Source of the DNA: Botryllus schlosseri
Taxonomy: Eukaryota
Reading direction: 5' to 3'
Assembly (NCBI GenBank): GCA_051294905.1
Contig: CM119371.1
Span: forward strand, 9,798,001-9,862,000
Length of the DNA stretch: 64,000 bases
Positions 63,724 through 64,000 of the stretch are shown in pieces. The notes below the pieces were generated by a model. That model was not told the DNA's origin and did no database searches. It saw only the letters and a program-made list of their open reading frames with translations. Numbering within the stretch: position 1 is the stretch's first letter; each line of letters opens with the position of its first letter. Position numbers and translations under genes: made by a program.

Positions 63724-63884
63724 CAAGATATCATTACACCGACATTGCAGCGGCTTATATTTGTGAATCCATATGTTGGCTTCTAAGCATTCGCTAAAAT
63801 ATTGCTGAATTGTTTCATCCTGTGGCGGCCAAACTGGGGCTAATGGATGATTGCACAATTCTCTATCTCGCCAAGAGATACATC
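63724..63884 (-). CDS. Candidate upstream exon of the intelectin-like gene (GCISWRDRELCNHPLAPVWPPQDETIQQYFSECLEANIWIHKYKPLQCRCNDIL)
   Basis: Acceptor ttttttgaaaatcag|, open Cys-rich frame, donor |GTATTT in phase 0 that joins VYCDMQ. It does not clearly match the canonical PRSCKEIK segment. Confidence 0.35.
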
Positions 63885-64000
63885 CTGATTTTCAAAAAAT
63901 TCTTGCTAAATTTACGTGACTGCACATGGTGTGATTTGATCAATTGAACTATCGAATCGAGTTACGTGCGGCATTGATGACGGACAACGACCTTGATAAA

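Overview
Eukaryotic, AT-rich, very transposon-dense animal DNA. An invertebrate chordate such as an ascidian is my inference; the sequence cannot confirm it. Almost all ORF-track entries are spurious or TE-derived. The main content is one spliced minus-strand gene spanning ~19.0-63.9 kb, with its 5' end probably beyond the right edge, that encodes a divergent intelectin (fibrinogen-related X-type lectin). I rebuilt it by hand from GT-AG exons with consistent phases: 63364-63499, 62411-62502, 61759-61924, [58921-58970, 57517-57621, 49330-49385, 37668-37770, 32339-32503, 29173-29306, 29014-29108], 25710-25881, 19684-19769, 19046-19149 (stop; ends ...STILIFYR*). The seven bracketed exons encode a ~237-aa non-intelectin domain. 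It is inserted between two phase-1 introns, exactly in the loop where vertebrate intelectins carry Cys199, and both cysteines of the Cys199-Cys259 disulfide are absent. Downstream of the stop, a partial segmental duplicate (~1.6-11.9 kb vs ~37.5-50.1 kb) keeps intact, diverged copies of two insert-domain exons, and I found no upstream exons for it. Introns and flanks are filled with nested non-autonomous hAT elements with 8-bp TSDs, EnSpm/CACTA and Chapaev-like remnants, CR1 and RTE-type LINE fragments, tRNA-derived SINEs, tandem repeats and foldback elements.
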